Shown here: positions 44,196 through 53,807 of the stretch, in pieces
Numbering within the stretch: position 1 is the stretch's first letter
Layout of the letters: each line of letters opens with the position of its first letter
From: Acidimicrobiaceae bacterium
GTDB taxonomy: Bacteria; Actinomycetota; Acidimicrobiia; Acidimicrobiales; Aldehydirespiratoraceae
Length of the DNA: 64,000 bases
Direction of reading: 5' to 3'
Assembly: GCA_009845995.1 (NCBI GenBank)
Contig: VXYK01000039.1
Coordinates: 2,640-66,639 of the forward strand
Notes under the pieces: generated by a model
The model's input: only the letters and a program-made list of their open reading frames with translations
The model's database searches: none
What the model was told of the DNA's origin: nothing
Position numbers and translations under genes: made by a program

Positions 44196-44399
44196 ATGGA
44201 CACCAGAGAGATCAACTCAGACCGGCCGACAACCGAAGCGGTCGACGACATTGTCGGACGATTGGCGCCAGACGAGGTTGCAACACTCCAATGGCTCATC
44301 AATGAGATCCGCGGGCGTTTCGGCGCGTCAGACAACTTCGACCCCGACGATCCCAAATTCAACGAGCTGGTAAAGCAGCTGGCGTCGAGAGTGATTTGA
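44196..44399 (+). CDS. Hypothetical small protein (67 aa)
   Basis: ATG 1 nt after the helicase stop, and its own stop lies 1 nt before the next ATG. The only support is this tight operon packing. Confidence 0.5.
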   Translation: MDTREINSDRPTTEAVDDIVGRLAPDEVATLQWLINEIRGRFGASDNFDPDDPKFNELVKQLASRVI

Positions 44400-44400
44400 G

Positions 44401-46512
44401 ATGCGGCTAGAGAGCATAAGACTCGTCAACTGGCGGAGCATTCGCTCTTGCGACATGGACCTGAGTGCGAACGTAACGGTCGTAATCGGGCAAAACACCG
44501 CTGGCAAGACAGCCCTCCTCAACGCTTTCGTATGGTGCTTGTACGAACAGACAACCCCCGGCTTCTCCAAACCTGACGACCTGTGCAACCATCAGGCGAA
44601 GCTTGAATTGAGCGTGGGGAAGGAAACCAAAACAGAGGTAGAGGTGATCTTTTGCCACGGCGTTGGTGAGGCCGAGCGCAGATACGTGTCACGGAGGTCG
44701 CTGACAGTCAGCCGGACAGGCCCTGGCAATGAAGACTTCGACGAAGGAAAGCCCCAGTTGGTGTTGAGCATCTATCCCTTGGGACCCTCAGGCAACACTA
44801 GGCAAGCACGGGGCGAAGACGCCCAGCAGGAAATTCAAGCAATCATCCCGGCCAGCCTGAACCCCTACTTCTTCTTCCCGGCCGAGAACATCGGCTCGTC
44901 AATAGGTTCCCCTGACGCAAGGGCGGCATCAGTCAAAGACGCTGTAAGCGTCTTGCTCGGGTTGAGGCGGTACGAGGTTGCCGACGCCGCCATCAAATCG
45001 GCGCTGCGTTTGCCGAAACTCAAAGAGAAGGCATCCAACGACTTCGATATCCGAAAGGCTCAGGAGCGCAAGGACAATGCCAGGGAGGAATACGACCAGG
45101 CCCGATCCGATCTGTCGGATTTGGACGACCAAATTGTGCGCGTGCGGCAGCTGCAGGAGGCAGCAGAACAGGCGGCCAAGCGAGCCGACGAAGAGAGAGA
45201 GCTAATCGAGGAACGCAATCGGATCAAGGGGGAATATGAACAGGCGAAGCAGGAAGCGGATGACGCCACCGCCAGCCGGCGAGAGGCGCTGAACAAAGAG
45301 TGCTTCAACCTGTTCGGCACCGGAGCGCTGGAGCAAGCAAGGCAAGTCCTCGACAGGGCCACATCCGACGCCCGAATTCCGCCGAAAGTGTCCGCAGGTC
45401 TGCTTGACGACCTGATCGCCAACGCCCAGAAGTGTATCTGCGGTCAACCGATCACCGACGCGGAACGCGGCACCCTCAGCAGGCTTCGCCGCGAAGTCGT
45501 GGAAGATATTGTGGCCGAGTCGGCTAGCAACATCCGGGCACGCGTGGCTGAAATAAGCGCCCAGCTGTCGGCGAGACAAAACGAAACATCTCCGCACACC
45601 GTGCTGAGAGCCGCTAACGAAGCTATAGCCGACGCACACCGGAGCATGGCGACATGGGGCACCAAACTCGACGAGTTCTATGCGGAAAACCCAGCGGTCG
45701 AAGGAGATTCAGGCTCTAATCCCCTCAACGCGTTCATTCAACACTCTCGCACCCTCGAGAACCTCAACAGAGAGCAAAGCGACCTCCGAGAACATGTAGA
45801 CGCGTTGGCAAGGGCGAGACGCGAAGCGGACAACCAATATGACAAGCTGAAAAAGAAACGAGGCCAAGCGGATGAAGTCAGTAACGCCAGGGGCCAACTG
45901 ACCCGTATCGAAGCAGCAGTAGAGGACATCCAGGTGGAGTTGAGCGATGGTTCGCGACGCGATCTCCAGCGGGCCATCAACAAAATTGCCAGCGAAGTGC
46001 TGCTGCGGGACTACACAATTCACCTGACAGAGAACTTCGACATCGAAGCTCGGCAGAACGGCATCAACATCGGAGGCTCATCGTCAGACCACTCCTGGGT
46101 TACGTTCGCGTTCGTAGGAGCAATCTCTGGCCTGATCGACATGTACGACAGGGAACTCGACAACATGGACGAGGCAGGCAACATCGAACTGAAACCAGGG
46201 GCCGGGTACCCGCTGGTGCTTGATGCACCGTTCTCGCCGTTCGGCGAAAGGTATGCCGCTGAATTCGCTGATCGGTTGCCCGATCTTGCCCCCCAGTCAG
46301 TCTTGATAGTCCGCGAGGATCAGCTTGCACATCTCGAGCCAATCTTGAATGCCGGACCGGACAAGACCCGCGTGTATCTGATGTGCCTCCATGGGCCCCC
46401 CACAGCCGAAAAACAGGAGATCCCGTGGCGCGACAATTCCAGGCGTGCTTACGTAATTCCGTCTGACGACCCGAACAACATCCGCACAGTGCTAGAAGAG
46501 CTTCCTCTATGA
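44401..46512 (+). CDS. SMC/Rad50-like ABC ATPase, DndD-like paralogue
   Basis: MRLESIRLVNWRSIRSCDMDLSANVTVVIGQNTAGKTALLNAFVWCLY (Walker A), a long coiled coil, and C-terminal YPLVLDAPFSPFGERY (Walker B/D-loop). YFFFPAENIGS parallels the DndD FDGEKIE segment. Confidence 0.8.
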   Translation: MRLESIRLVNWRSIRSCDMDLSANVTVVIGQNTAGKTALLNAFVWCLYEQTTPGFSKPDDLCNHQAKLELSVGKETKTEVEVIFCHGVGEAERRYVSRRSLTVSRTGPGNEDFDEGKPQLVLSIYPLGPSGNTRQARGEDAQQEIQAIIPASLNPYFFFPAENIGSSIGSPDARAASVKDAVSVLLGLRRYEVADAAIKSALRLPKLKEKASNDFDIRKAQERKDNAREEYDQARSDLSDLDDQIVRVRQLQEAAEQAAKRADEERELIEERNRIKGEYEQAKQEADDATASRREALNKECFNLFGTGALEQARQVLDRATSDARIPPKVSAGLLDDLIANAQKCICGQPITDAERGTLSRLRREVVEDIVAESASNIRARVAEISAQLSARQNETSPHTVLRAANEAIADAHRSMATWGTKLDEFYAENPAVEGDSGSNPLNAFIQHSRTLENLNREQSDLREHVDALARARREADNQYDKLKKKRGQADEVSNARGQLTRIEAAVEDIQVELSDGSRRDLQRAINKIASEVLLRDYTIHLTENFDIEARQNGINIGGSSSDHSWVTFAFVGAISGLIDMYDRELDNMDEAGNIELKPGAGYPLVLDAPFSPFGERYAAEFADRLPDLAPQSVLIVREDQLAHLEPILNAGPDKTRVYLMCLHGPPTAEKQEIPWRDNSRRAYVIPSDDPNNIRTVLEELPL

Positions 46513-46985
46513 ATCGACAAAGATCCAGGGACCGCGTCAGGATTTCTGACGAAAACGCCCCGGTACTGGAGGCATTGGGCGACAACACCACGCTGGTCCC
46601 TGTGTTCAACAGTCAGGCCGAAGCGGTCGCGTTCGCTGCAACTGTCGGGTACCACTTCGACAAGTTCGAACCAGTGGAAGGTCAGAAGCTAAAGGCGATT
46701 CTCTTCCAGCAGATTGACAACACCACCAACCTCGGCAGCTATCTCGACGCCGTCTTCGCTCTCGCCCGTACTAAAGACATCGACGTCCTAGGGCCCCTAG
46801 AAGACGAGGTCAGCCCGACAATGGACCGCGTCCTCATTTTCGAGGGCTACGTCAACGGTGGTCTCTCCTATCTCCGCAAACAGGGCTTCGATGCTGCCCA
46901 GCCAATCGATGCAGTGCTCAGCCTGGCCCGTACACTCGATCCGAAGAATTCGGACCTCCTTAGAGGCCCCGCAAATAGGCGCTGA
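46509..46985 (+). CDS. Hypothetical protein (158 aa), last gene of the five-gene operon
   Basis: ATGA overlap with the ATPase stop. No motif recognised with confidence. It might correspond to a 'dnd-associated' small protein family. Confidence 0.55.
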   Translation: MNRQRSRDRVRISDENAPVLEALGDNTTLVPVFNSQAEAVAFAATVGYHFDKFEPVEGQKLKAILFQQIDNTTNLGSYLDAVFALARTKDIDVLGPLEDEVSPTMDRVLIFEGYVNGGLSYLRKQGFDAAQPIDAVLSLARTLDPKNSDLLRGPANRR

Positions 46986-47105
46986 TCTGCAGAAATGCCT
47001 GAATCTCCGACTGAAGCTTCGGCATCTTGACCTGCGGCTTTGCTTGGAGCGGCCACAGTTGCAGCAAAATCCGTTGAGATTCTTGTCACCTATTTGCGCG
47101 CGCTC

Positions 47106-48569
47106 TTAGCCGCTCTTGACGCGCACGACGCGGTGGCCCCGGAGTGCGACACCGCATTCGCTTAGGCGTTCTTGCCAGCCGCGGAGGTTCCCGATCGTTC
47201 TGGTGTCCGTGTCAAAAAGACCAAACCGTTCCTCTTGAGCAGTAAGGCGGGCGAACTTCTGGCGCGAGGGATAGTCGCTTGCGACGAAGGTCTCCTTTCG
47301 GTGGAGGATGGGAGGATTGGCCGTACTGGTGTAGTCGCGTTCATCGACATCCAGTGCACCAATCCGGACGAATGTCGTCCGATGCAGGACTGGATGAGGA
47401 TCCTTGTCGAATGCGGGGTATTCCAGGTAGGACACCTTTGGCCTGTTAGTAGCCAGCTTGATGATATTGGCCCCATCGACTTCCCCGACTAGCCATCTTG
47501 CGCAACCCTCATAGACACGGAGCACATGGGGGAGGTCGGGAAGTGCTGATTCGTGCACGTACAGGGAAGTGGGGAGACGCTTCCCTACTGGAGACTCGTC
47601 AGCAGCGCCGGCGACGACCTGGGAGTCACCGGTGCTGAAGAGGAGTTGATCGGCCTCCGCGGTTGCCTGTTTGTATGACCCGATGAGCCCTCGAACGTCA
47701 TACCGGGTCGTCTCTGGTAGCGCGGTGAAAGTCGGTCGTCGATTGAGCTTGAGGAGGGCCAGGTCGACAAGAAGGTCGAGTCGCCGCTCAGCCGAAATGG
47801 TGTCCCAATCTGTCTCCGGCGTCACCATCACTGCAACGCGCCAGGCTCGGCGCAGCGACCCGGCAGCTTCCTTCAGCTTTGCTTGCAAGTCGGGTCGTTC
47901 AGTCCGGGAGGGCAGGCGTCCTCGCTCGCTGTAGAACTCCATTAGTGCGTCAATCGACTCCCGGTGTTCGTCGTAGATGCGATCGCTCCTCGAAACCTTG
48001 GCGGCGTGGCGCCTGCGAGGTCGCGTCCGCATCAGGAATTCATTGGCGACCGCTTCAGCCTTGAACGCCACGAAGATCCCGGGGGCGATGGCGACGGTCT
48101 CCGATTCGAGAACCGTGTCGAGCCACGACCGCAGCTCTCCTTGGCTGTAGAACTTTTGAAATGTCCCGTGCCCGGTGATGAATCCATCACCGTGTGGCCG
48201 GCCTTTCGAGACAGTACGTAGTTCACCGTTCAGCCTCGCCGAGACGACCAGCGCCTTTTCTGTGAGCTCCCAGGCATCTAGGGCTGCGTCTCTCCTCTCC
48301 GAAGGATCAGGAATGACATTGATCACATACCCAAGGTTGACGACTTCTGCGCTTGCCTTCTCGACATCTGGGCGGAAGTGTGGATCCCAGCCATTAGCTG
48401 TGACCCCGGCGCGGGCGAGTCCTTCTACATCATCACCGTGTCCACAGCCGTAGTCGAAGAACGTGCCGCCCGTCGTCACCAGTCCAAGATCAGCCGCGAG
48501 CTGCACCGGGCGTGACAAGACTCCTCGGACCATCGCCGTGCGATGCCGATTCTCGGCTTGTGCGCTCAC
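47106..48569 (-). CDS. DNA phosphorothioation-associated putative SAM-dependent methyltransferase
   Basis: SAM motif I FFDYGCGHGDDVEGLARAG near the N-terminus, followed by a long C-terminal region. The size and context match the 'dnd-associated methyltransferase' family as I remember it. The GTG 48569 start overlaps the dndA stop (GTGA). Confidence 0.65.
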   Translation of the reverse strand: MSAQAENRHRTAMVRGVLSRPVQLAADLGLVTTGGTFFDYGCGHGDDVEGLARAGVTANGWDPHFRPDVEKASAEVVNLGYVINVIPDPSERRDAALDAWELTEKALVVSARLNGELRTVSKGRPHGDGFITGHGTFQKFYSQGELRSWLDTVLESETVAIAPGIFVAFKAEAVANEFLMRTRPRRRHAAKVSRSDRIYDEHRESIDALMEFYSERGRLPSRTERPDLQAKLKEAAGSLRRAWRVAVMVTPETDWDTISAERRLDLLVDLALLKLNRRPTFTALPETTRYDVRGLIGSYKQATAEADQLLFSTGDSQVVAGAADESPVGKRLPTSLYVHESALPDLPHVLRVYEGCARWLVGEVDGANIIKLATNRPKVSYLEYPAFDKDPHPVLHRTTFVRIGALDVDERDYTSTANPPILHRKETFVASDYPSRQKFARLTAQEERFGLFDTDTRTIGNLRGWQERLSECGVALRGHRVVRVKSG

Positions 48570-49699
48570 CGCAACGCGTTTGCGAGGCGCTCTGCCACAT
48601 CCATCCAATCGACCAGCACTGGGTCGTGGGACCACGAGACACGGAGCGCGCCTGAGGCACGCTCCGAAGCAAGGCCCATTGCCGAGAGGGCGTGCGAAGG
48701 CTCGTAGGAGCTCGAAGTGCATGCCGATCCGTTGGAGATAGCCACAAGGTCTCTGAGGATCATCATCGCTGCTTCCGCATCAAGCCCTGGGATGGACAGA
48801 TTCATGACGTGTGGGAGTACTTGGTTTTGGTCCCCGTTGTAGACCGGATCCAGGGTCTCAAACGCCGCAGTCGCCTTAGAACGTTCGGCAACGCAAGCTG
48901 ATGACCTCTTGCCCTGTTCCACCAGCGCTAGGCGGCAGGCTTCGCCGAGTCCGGCTACGAGAGGGACTGGGACGGTTCCCGGCCGCAGGCCCCGCTCCTG
49001 TCCACCTCCAAACATCAGCGGCGAGAGCGGAGGACGTTCGTATCCGCGCCGTCGGGCAATAAGCGCTCCAACACCCATAGGACCATAGAGCTTGTGGCCG
49101 GATACCGAGATCAGATCAATGCGTTTATCGGCCAATCCTCCGATCTTGCAGAAGCTCTGTGCGGCATCAACATGCCAGTAGGCGGGATGGCCCTTGAGCA
49201 CCTCGGCAATGTCGTTGAGGGGCTGGATAACCCCTGTTTCGTTGTTGGCATGCATCGTGCTGACCACGAACGTGTCGGGGCGCAGCCGATCGGCTAAGTC
49301 CTCCGGGTCGACCCAACCGCTTTCGGCTACAGGGACGAGCTCGAGCTCGACTCCTTTCGTCATCGCGAGCGCTTCGAGTGGCTCAAGGACGGCCTTGTGC
49401 TCGATCGCCAGCGCGAGCGCATGGCGACTACCAGTCCCCCACGCATGTTGCGCCAGACCCAGCAGAGCCAGATTGTTGGCCTCCGTAGCTCCCGACGTGA
49501 ACAAGACCTCATCGGGCATGGCACCGCACCCGTCAGCTACGTACGACCGAGCCTCCTCAACAGCTTGGCTAGCAATCATCCCATACTCATGGGTTCTAGA
49601 GCCTGCGTTGCCGAACTCGGTTTCCATATAGTGCCGTACCACGGCCGACACGCGGGTATCGACCGGTGTTGTTGAGCAGAAATCCAGGTAGGCGGGCAT
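48566..49699 (-). CDS. dndA: Cysteine desulfurase (NifS/IscS-like), DndA
   Basis: YLDFCSTTPVD, PLP-lysine motif SVSGHKLYGP, and catalytic Cys SNGSACTSSS. Divergent from dndC. Start taken at ATG 49699. Confidence 0.85.
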   Translation of the reverse strand: MPAYLDFCSTTPVDTRVSAVVRHYMETEFGNAGSRTHEYGMIASQAVEEARSYVADGCGAMPDEVLFTSGATEANNLALLGLAQHAWGTGSRHALALAIEHKAVLEPLEALAMTKGVELELVPVAESGWVDPEDLADRLRPDTFVVSTMHANNETGVIQPLNDIAEVLKGHPAYWHVDAAQSFCKIGGLADKRIDLISVSGHKLYGPMGVGALIARRRGYERPPLSPLMFGGGQERGLRPGTVPVPLVAGLGEACRLALVEQGKRSSACVAERSKATAAFETLDPVYNGDQNQVLPHVMNLSIPGLDAEAAMMILRDLVAISNGSACTSSSYEPSHALSAMGLASERASGALRVSWSHDPVLVDWMDVAERLANALR

Positions 49700-49818
49700 T
49701 TCACCCCTTGGGTCAGTCTCTTTCGTTGGCAGCGAGTCTACAATCCGTTGCACGGGAGACTCGTCGATTGACTGATCCCCGCGTCAAGCTAGGGATTCAA
49801 GCAAGGCGAAGGGGGTGT
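49700..49818. promoter_or_regulatory. Divergent dndA / dndCDE intergenic region with a 7-bp inverted repeat (CGAGTCT-17 nt-AGACTCG)
   Basis: 119-bp gap between the divergent starts. Inverted repeat at 49733-49739 and 49757-49763, read directly. AAGGCGAAGGGGG RBS region before dndC. Confidence 0.45.
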
Positions 49819-51366
49819 ATGGCCGACTCAACAGTCAAACTGAAGATTGGATCGGGGCTATCCAATGGCTCGGCTTTCAGAGAGCATGGACTCTTCACCG
49901 AGATCGAAAGGATCACAGCCCAAGTCAAAGATCTGTACCACGCTGATGAGATCCCATGGGTCGTTGGCTACTCAGGCGGAAAGGACTCCACGGCCACGCT
50001 CCAACTGGTTTGGGCGGCACTCAGCTCGCTGCGCCCTGAACAACGCCACAAGCACGTATATGTCATCACCAACGACACGCTCGTAGAGAACCCTGCGGTG
50101 GCTGCGTGGGTGCATCGCTCTCACCAGGCGATGGAACAAACAGCAGCCGACCAAGTTCTGCCTATCTCGACCCATATGCTCTCGCCGGAAGTGAACGAGA
50201 CCTTCTGGGTAAACCTCATCGGCCGTGGCTACCCCGCTCCGAGTAGGCGGTTCCGCTGGTGCACCGAGCGAATGAAGATCAACCCCACAACCCGATTCAT
50301 CCGTTCCGTGGTGAAAGACAACGGTGAGGCAATCATCATCCTCGGAGCGAGGCGCGCCGAGTCGGCCGCTCGGGCAGCGCGTATCGACCGGCTCGACCGG
50401 AGGTCCGTAAGAGACCATCTCACCCCTCACAGCGACCTCGCCTCCGCTCTCGTGTACAAACCCATCGTCGATTGGACCAACGACGATGTCTGGCTATACC
50501 TGATGCAGACCCCCAACCCGTGGACATTCGACAACAAGCAACTGCTCACGATGTACCGAGAGGCATCACCAGATGCCGAGTGCCCTGTTGTCATGGACAC
50601 CTCTACCCCGTCGTGTGGCAATTCCCGGTTCGGTTGCTGGACTTGCACTGTCGTGGACAAGGACAAATCAATGGCGGCAATGATCCACAATGACACGGAG
50701 AAAGAGTGGATGCAGCCGTTGCTGGATGTCCGTGACCAGATCGCCGACGCGACCGAGGGCCGAAACCTCCGTGACTTCCGACGACTCAACGGGAGAGTAT
50801 CGCTCTACAACGACCAGCATGTCCCAGGGCCCTACACACAAGAGGGTCGCGCTCACTGGCTCCGCTTGGTTCTCGAAGCTCAGACCTGGGTTCGCATCTA
50901 CGGACCAAGAGACGTAAGCGATATCGAGCTGATCACCATGGAAGAACTACACGAAATCCGGAGGATATGGGTTGCCGACAAGCACGAGTACGAAGATCTT
51001 CTGCCCTCAATCTACAACGAGGCTACGGGCCAGCCGTTCCCGGGCCAGACCCGGTTTGACGACCAGTTTCCCTTCCAGGCCGAAGACCTGGACGAACTTC
51101 AGGAACTCTGCCGTTCCGAACTCCAGTACGAACTCATCCGCGAACTGATCTCCGTCGAGCACAACCACCGAACGGCCGCTCGCCGGAGCGGACTTTGGCG
51201 AGACATCAAGAGCGCGTTCGACCGATCCGGGTACGAGTCGCCCGACGAAGCCATCAACCTCGTGCGTGCGCAGACACGAGGACGTGAGTCGGTCGCGACC
51301 GGGACTCCGGTCGAATTCCGCGTGTCCTCGCATCACATGTCTCCAGGCCACAACGGCGAAGAGTGA
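49819..51366 (+). CDS. dndC: DNA phosphorothioation PP-loop ATPase/sulfurtransferase DndC
   Basis: PP-loop VVGYSGGKDSTATLQLVW and Cys cluster CGNSRFGCWTCTVV. Confidence 0.9.
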   Translation: MADSTVKLKIGSGLSNGSAFREHGLFTEIERITAQVKDLYHADEIPWVVGYSGGKDSTATLQLVWAALSSLRPEQRHKHVYVITNDTLVENPAVAAWVHRSHQAMEQTAADQVLPISTHMLSPEVNETFWVNLIGRGYPAPSRRFRWCTERMKINPTTRFIRSVVKDNGEAIIILGARRAESAARAARIDRLDRRSVRDHLTPHSDLASALVYKPIVDWTNDDVWLYLMQTPNPWTFDNKQLLTMYREASPDAECPVVMDTSTPSCGNSRFGCWTCTVVDKDKSMAAMIHNDTEKEWMQPLLDVRDQIADATEGRNLRDFRRLNGRVSLYNDQHVPGPYTQEGRAHWLRLVLEAQTWVRIYGPRDVSDIELITMEELHEIRRIWVADKHEYEDLLPSIYNEATGQPFPGQTRFDDQFPFQAEDLDELQELCRSELQYELIRELISVEHNHRTAARRSGLWRDIKSAFDRSGYESPDEAINLVRAQTRGRESVATGTPVEFRVSSHHMSPGHNGEE

Positions 51367-53345
51367 ACCTGATGCTTCTTCGCTCGCTCACTCTCAACAA
51401 TTTCGGGGTGTACCAAGGCCTGCAAACAGTCCGCTTCTCAACGGAACAAGAGCGCCCGATCACGCTGATCGGGGGACGAAACGGCACAGGCAAAACATCA
51501 ATACTGGATTCGATCCCTCTATGCCTTTACGGCAAGAGAGCCCGCCGAATCCTTAACGGATCTTCTTACCCCGAGTATCTGAACAGCATGCTGCATCACG
51601 GGGAGCGCGCGGCATCGATCGCCTTGGAGTTCGACCGGATCGAACAGGGGCAGGTGGTTCGTTATGTCGTCGAACGAACCTGGAATCGGACGACTCGGGG
51701 AAGGTCTACCGATCATCTCAGCGTGTCGACGAATGAACAGGCGAGGCCAGACCTCGTCGCTGTGTGGCCTGAATTCGTCGAGGGGGTGATGCCATTAGCG
51801 GTGTCATACCTCACGATCTTCGACGGCGAGAAGATCGAGTCACTCGCTGACCCGACCTCATCGGCCGAGACTCTCCGCACAAGTCTCTATGGGTTGCTGG
51901 GCCTGGACCTCGTCGACCGCCTCCGGTCCGACTTACTTGACTATCGCCGACGAACGGCAAAGGCCCAAGGTCCGCGATTGGCACCGCAACTGGCAGACGA
52001 ACTAGCCAGAGCCGAAGAACAGCTTGCCCAAGCAAACCAAGAGTCGCGATCCGCGAGCCAAGCACTGGCCGACGCGGAGAGCGCTAGAACAGATCTCGAA
52101 ACTCAACTCCAGAACGCAACCGACAAACTCGCAATCGCAGGAGGCGACCTACTCGCCCGACGCGACCCTCTACGTCGCGGCCTAGCCGAGGCCAACGCAA
52201 TCGCTACCACCGTAGAACGGGAACTGATCCAACTTGCGGCCGGTGATCTACCCCTTACCCTTGTGCCGACTCTGCTCAAACAGGTCGCTTCTGCTGGAGA
52301 ACAGAACGAAGCGTCTCACCTCGCTCTACAGATTCGCACAGCGATGGCTGTGCGAGACGACCGGGTCTTAGAGTCGCTTGAAACTGCCCTCGGATTCGGC
52401 GAACAAGAATCGCAACGAGCGCGCGAGGTGCTTCGAACCGACTTGGAGTCGTTAGAGCGACCGGTAAAGCCGACATTTTCGCCCACCCTTGAGTGCGCGG
52501 ACGCCGCACGCAACCTGTTGAATCTTCGCTCTGTCGAGCTGCGATCCAGCGCGGCGCGCTTAACGAAGCAGCTTGAGGATCTCGATGCCGAGATCGAAGA
52601 TTTGGGGGGACTCCTCGCGGCAGTACCCGAACCAAACAGCGTGGTGCCAAGCGTCCGGCAGGTGGCCACCGCCGAGGCTGAACTTCGTGCTGCCAAAAAG
52701 GCAGTGGAAAGAGCGCAAGCCGAACTCGTCAAAACTGAGAGGCGCGTCGATCAAGCTCAAAAAGAGTGCGACGTGATTACGCACGAGATGCTTGACGCAG
52801 GTATCAGCGAGAAGAACGCAGCGCGAGTCTCCCGCGAGGTCGTAGCGGCCAACGAAGTACTTGCCGGGTTCGCCAAGTACATCCTCCATAAACACCTGGG
52901 AAAAATCACCGATGAAATTGATGCTGCTCTGGCAACGCTGCTCCGCAAGCAACTACTCGTGTCTGGAGTGGAGATCGACCACGATGACCTGACCGTCACC
53001 CTTCGTAACACGCAACGGGAACTAGTCCATACCCAAGGCCTGAGCGCGGGAGAAAACCAAATGATTGCGACCGCCGTTCTGTGGGGATTATCACGAAGCA
53101 CAGGTATGGACCTGCCGACCATCATCGATACGCCAGTGGGCAGACTTGATCGGTCACATAGAACGAACCTGATCCGACACTACTTCCCCAAGGCTTCGCG
53201 GCAAGTTGTTCTGCTTTCCACCGACCAGGAGATCATCGGGGACCACCTTGATCTCCTACGACCGCACATCGGTATCGAACAATGCTTGGTCTTCAATGAG
53301 ACAGACGCGAGCACCACAGTGACGATGGGTTATTTCGATGAGTAG
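51363..53345 (+). CDS. dndD: DNA sulfur modification ATPase DndD (SMC-like)
   Basis: LRSLTLNNFGVYQGLQTVRF...ITLIGGRNGTGKTSILDSIPLCLYG, FDGEKIESLADP, LSAGENQMIATAVLWGL, and IIDTPVGRLDRSHR. GTGA overlap with dndC. Confidence 0.85.
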   Translation: MNLMLLRSLTLNNFGVYQGLQTVRFSTEQERPITLIGGRNGTGKTSILDSIPLCLYGKRARRILNGSSYPEYLNSMLHHGERAASIALEFDRIEQGQVVRYVVERTWNRTTRGRSTDHLSVSTNEQARPDLVAVWPEFVEGVMPLAVSYLTIFDGEKIESLADPTSSAETLRTSLYGLLGLDLVDRLRSDLLDYRRRTAKAQGPRLAPQLADELARAEEQLAQANQESRSASQALADAESARTDLETQLQNATDKLAIAGGDLLARRDPLRRGLAEANAIATTVERELIQLAAGDLPLTLVPTLLKQVASAGEQNEASHLALQIRTAMAVRDDRVLESLETALGFGEQESQRAREVLRTDLESLERPVKPTFSPTLECADAARNLLNLRSVELRSSAARLTKQLEDLDAEIEDLGGLLAAVPEPNSVVPSVRQVATAEAELRAAKKAVERAQAELVKTERRVDQAQKECDVITHEMLDAGISEKNAARVSREVVAANEVLAGFAKYILHKHLGKITDEIDAALATLLRKQLLVSGVEIDHDDLTVTLRNTQRELVHTQGLSAGENQMIATAVLWGLSRSTGMDLPTIIDTPVGRLDRSHRTNLIRHYFPKASRQVVLLSTDQEIIGDHLDLLRPHIGIEQCLVFNETDASTTVTMGYFDE

Positions 53346-53730
53346 GCATGCAATCGTCGACACGGTCCGGGTTGATGAACGCGCCAAGACCCAACTCACG
53401 ACCCTGAAACGACGAACGGGGATCAAAAACTGGAACGTGCTGTGCCGCTGGGCACTATGCGTTTCCTTAGCCGAAGCCTCCATGCCTGCCGACCAAGAGG
53501 TCGGTACGCTGTCCAACGTAGAAATGTCTTGGTCAACATTCGGAGGGCAGGCCGCGGACATCTATGCCGCCATCGTTCGTGCCCGCTGTGAAGCTGACGG
53601 TATACCCCAAACCGCCGACGCTTTAGCAAAGCAGTTTCGGCTCCATCTGCACCGTGGGATCTCCTACCTGGTCGGAACCGAAGACACCAAGACGCTGAGC
53701 GGCCTGATCTCCCTCGCCATCCAGCCCTAA
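53338..53730 (+). CDS. dndE: DNA sulfur modification protein DndE
   Basis: RVDERAKTQLTTLKRRTGIKNWNVLCRWALCVSLAE matches the DndE N-terminal pattern. 8-nt overlap with dndD. Confidence 0.75.
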   Translation: MSRHAIVDTVRVDERAKTQLTTLKRRTGIKNWNVLCRWALCVSLAEASMPADQEVGTLSNVEMSWSTFGGQAADIYAAIVRARCEADGIPQTADALAKQFRLHLHRGISYLVGTEDTKTLSGLISLAIQP

Positions 53731-53807
53731 CTCTTCGCCATCAGCGGGAGAACGCTCTCGACGCATTCGTCCATGGTTGCACTGGCGGCTATTGAGGCTT
53801 ACACGTA

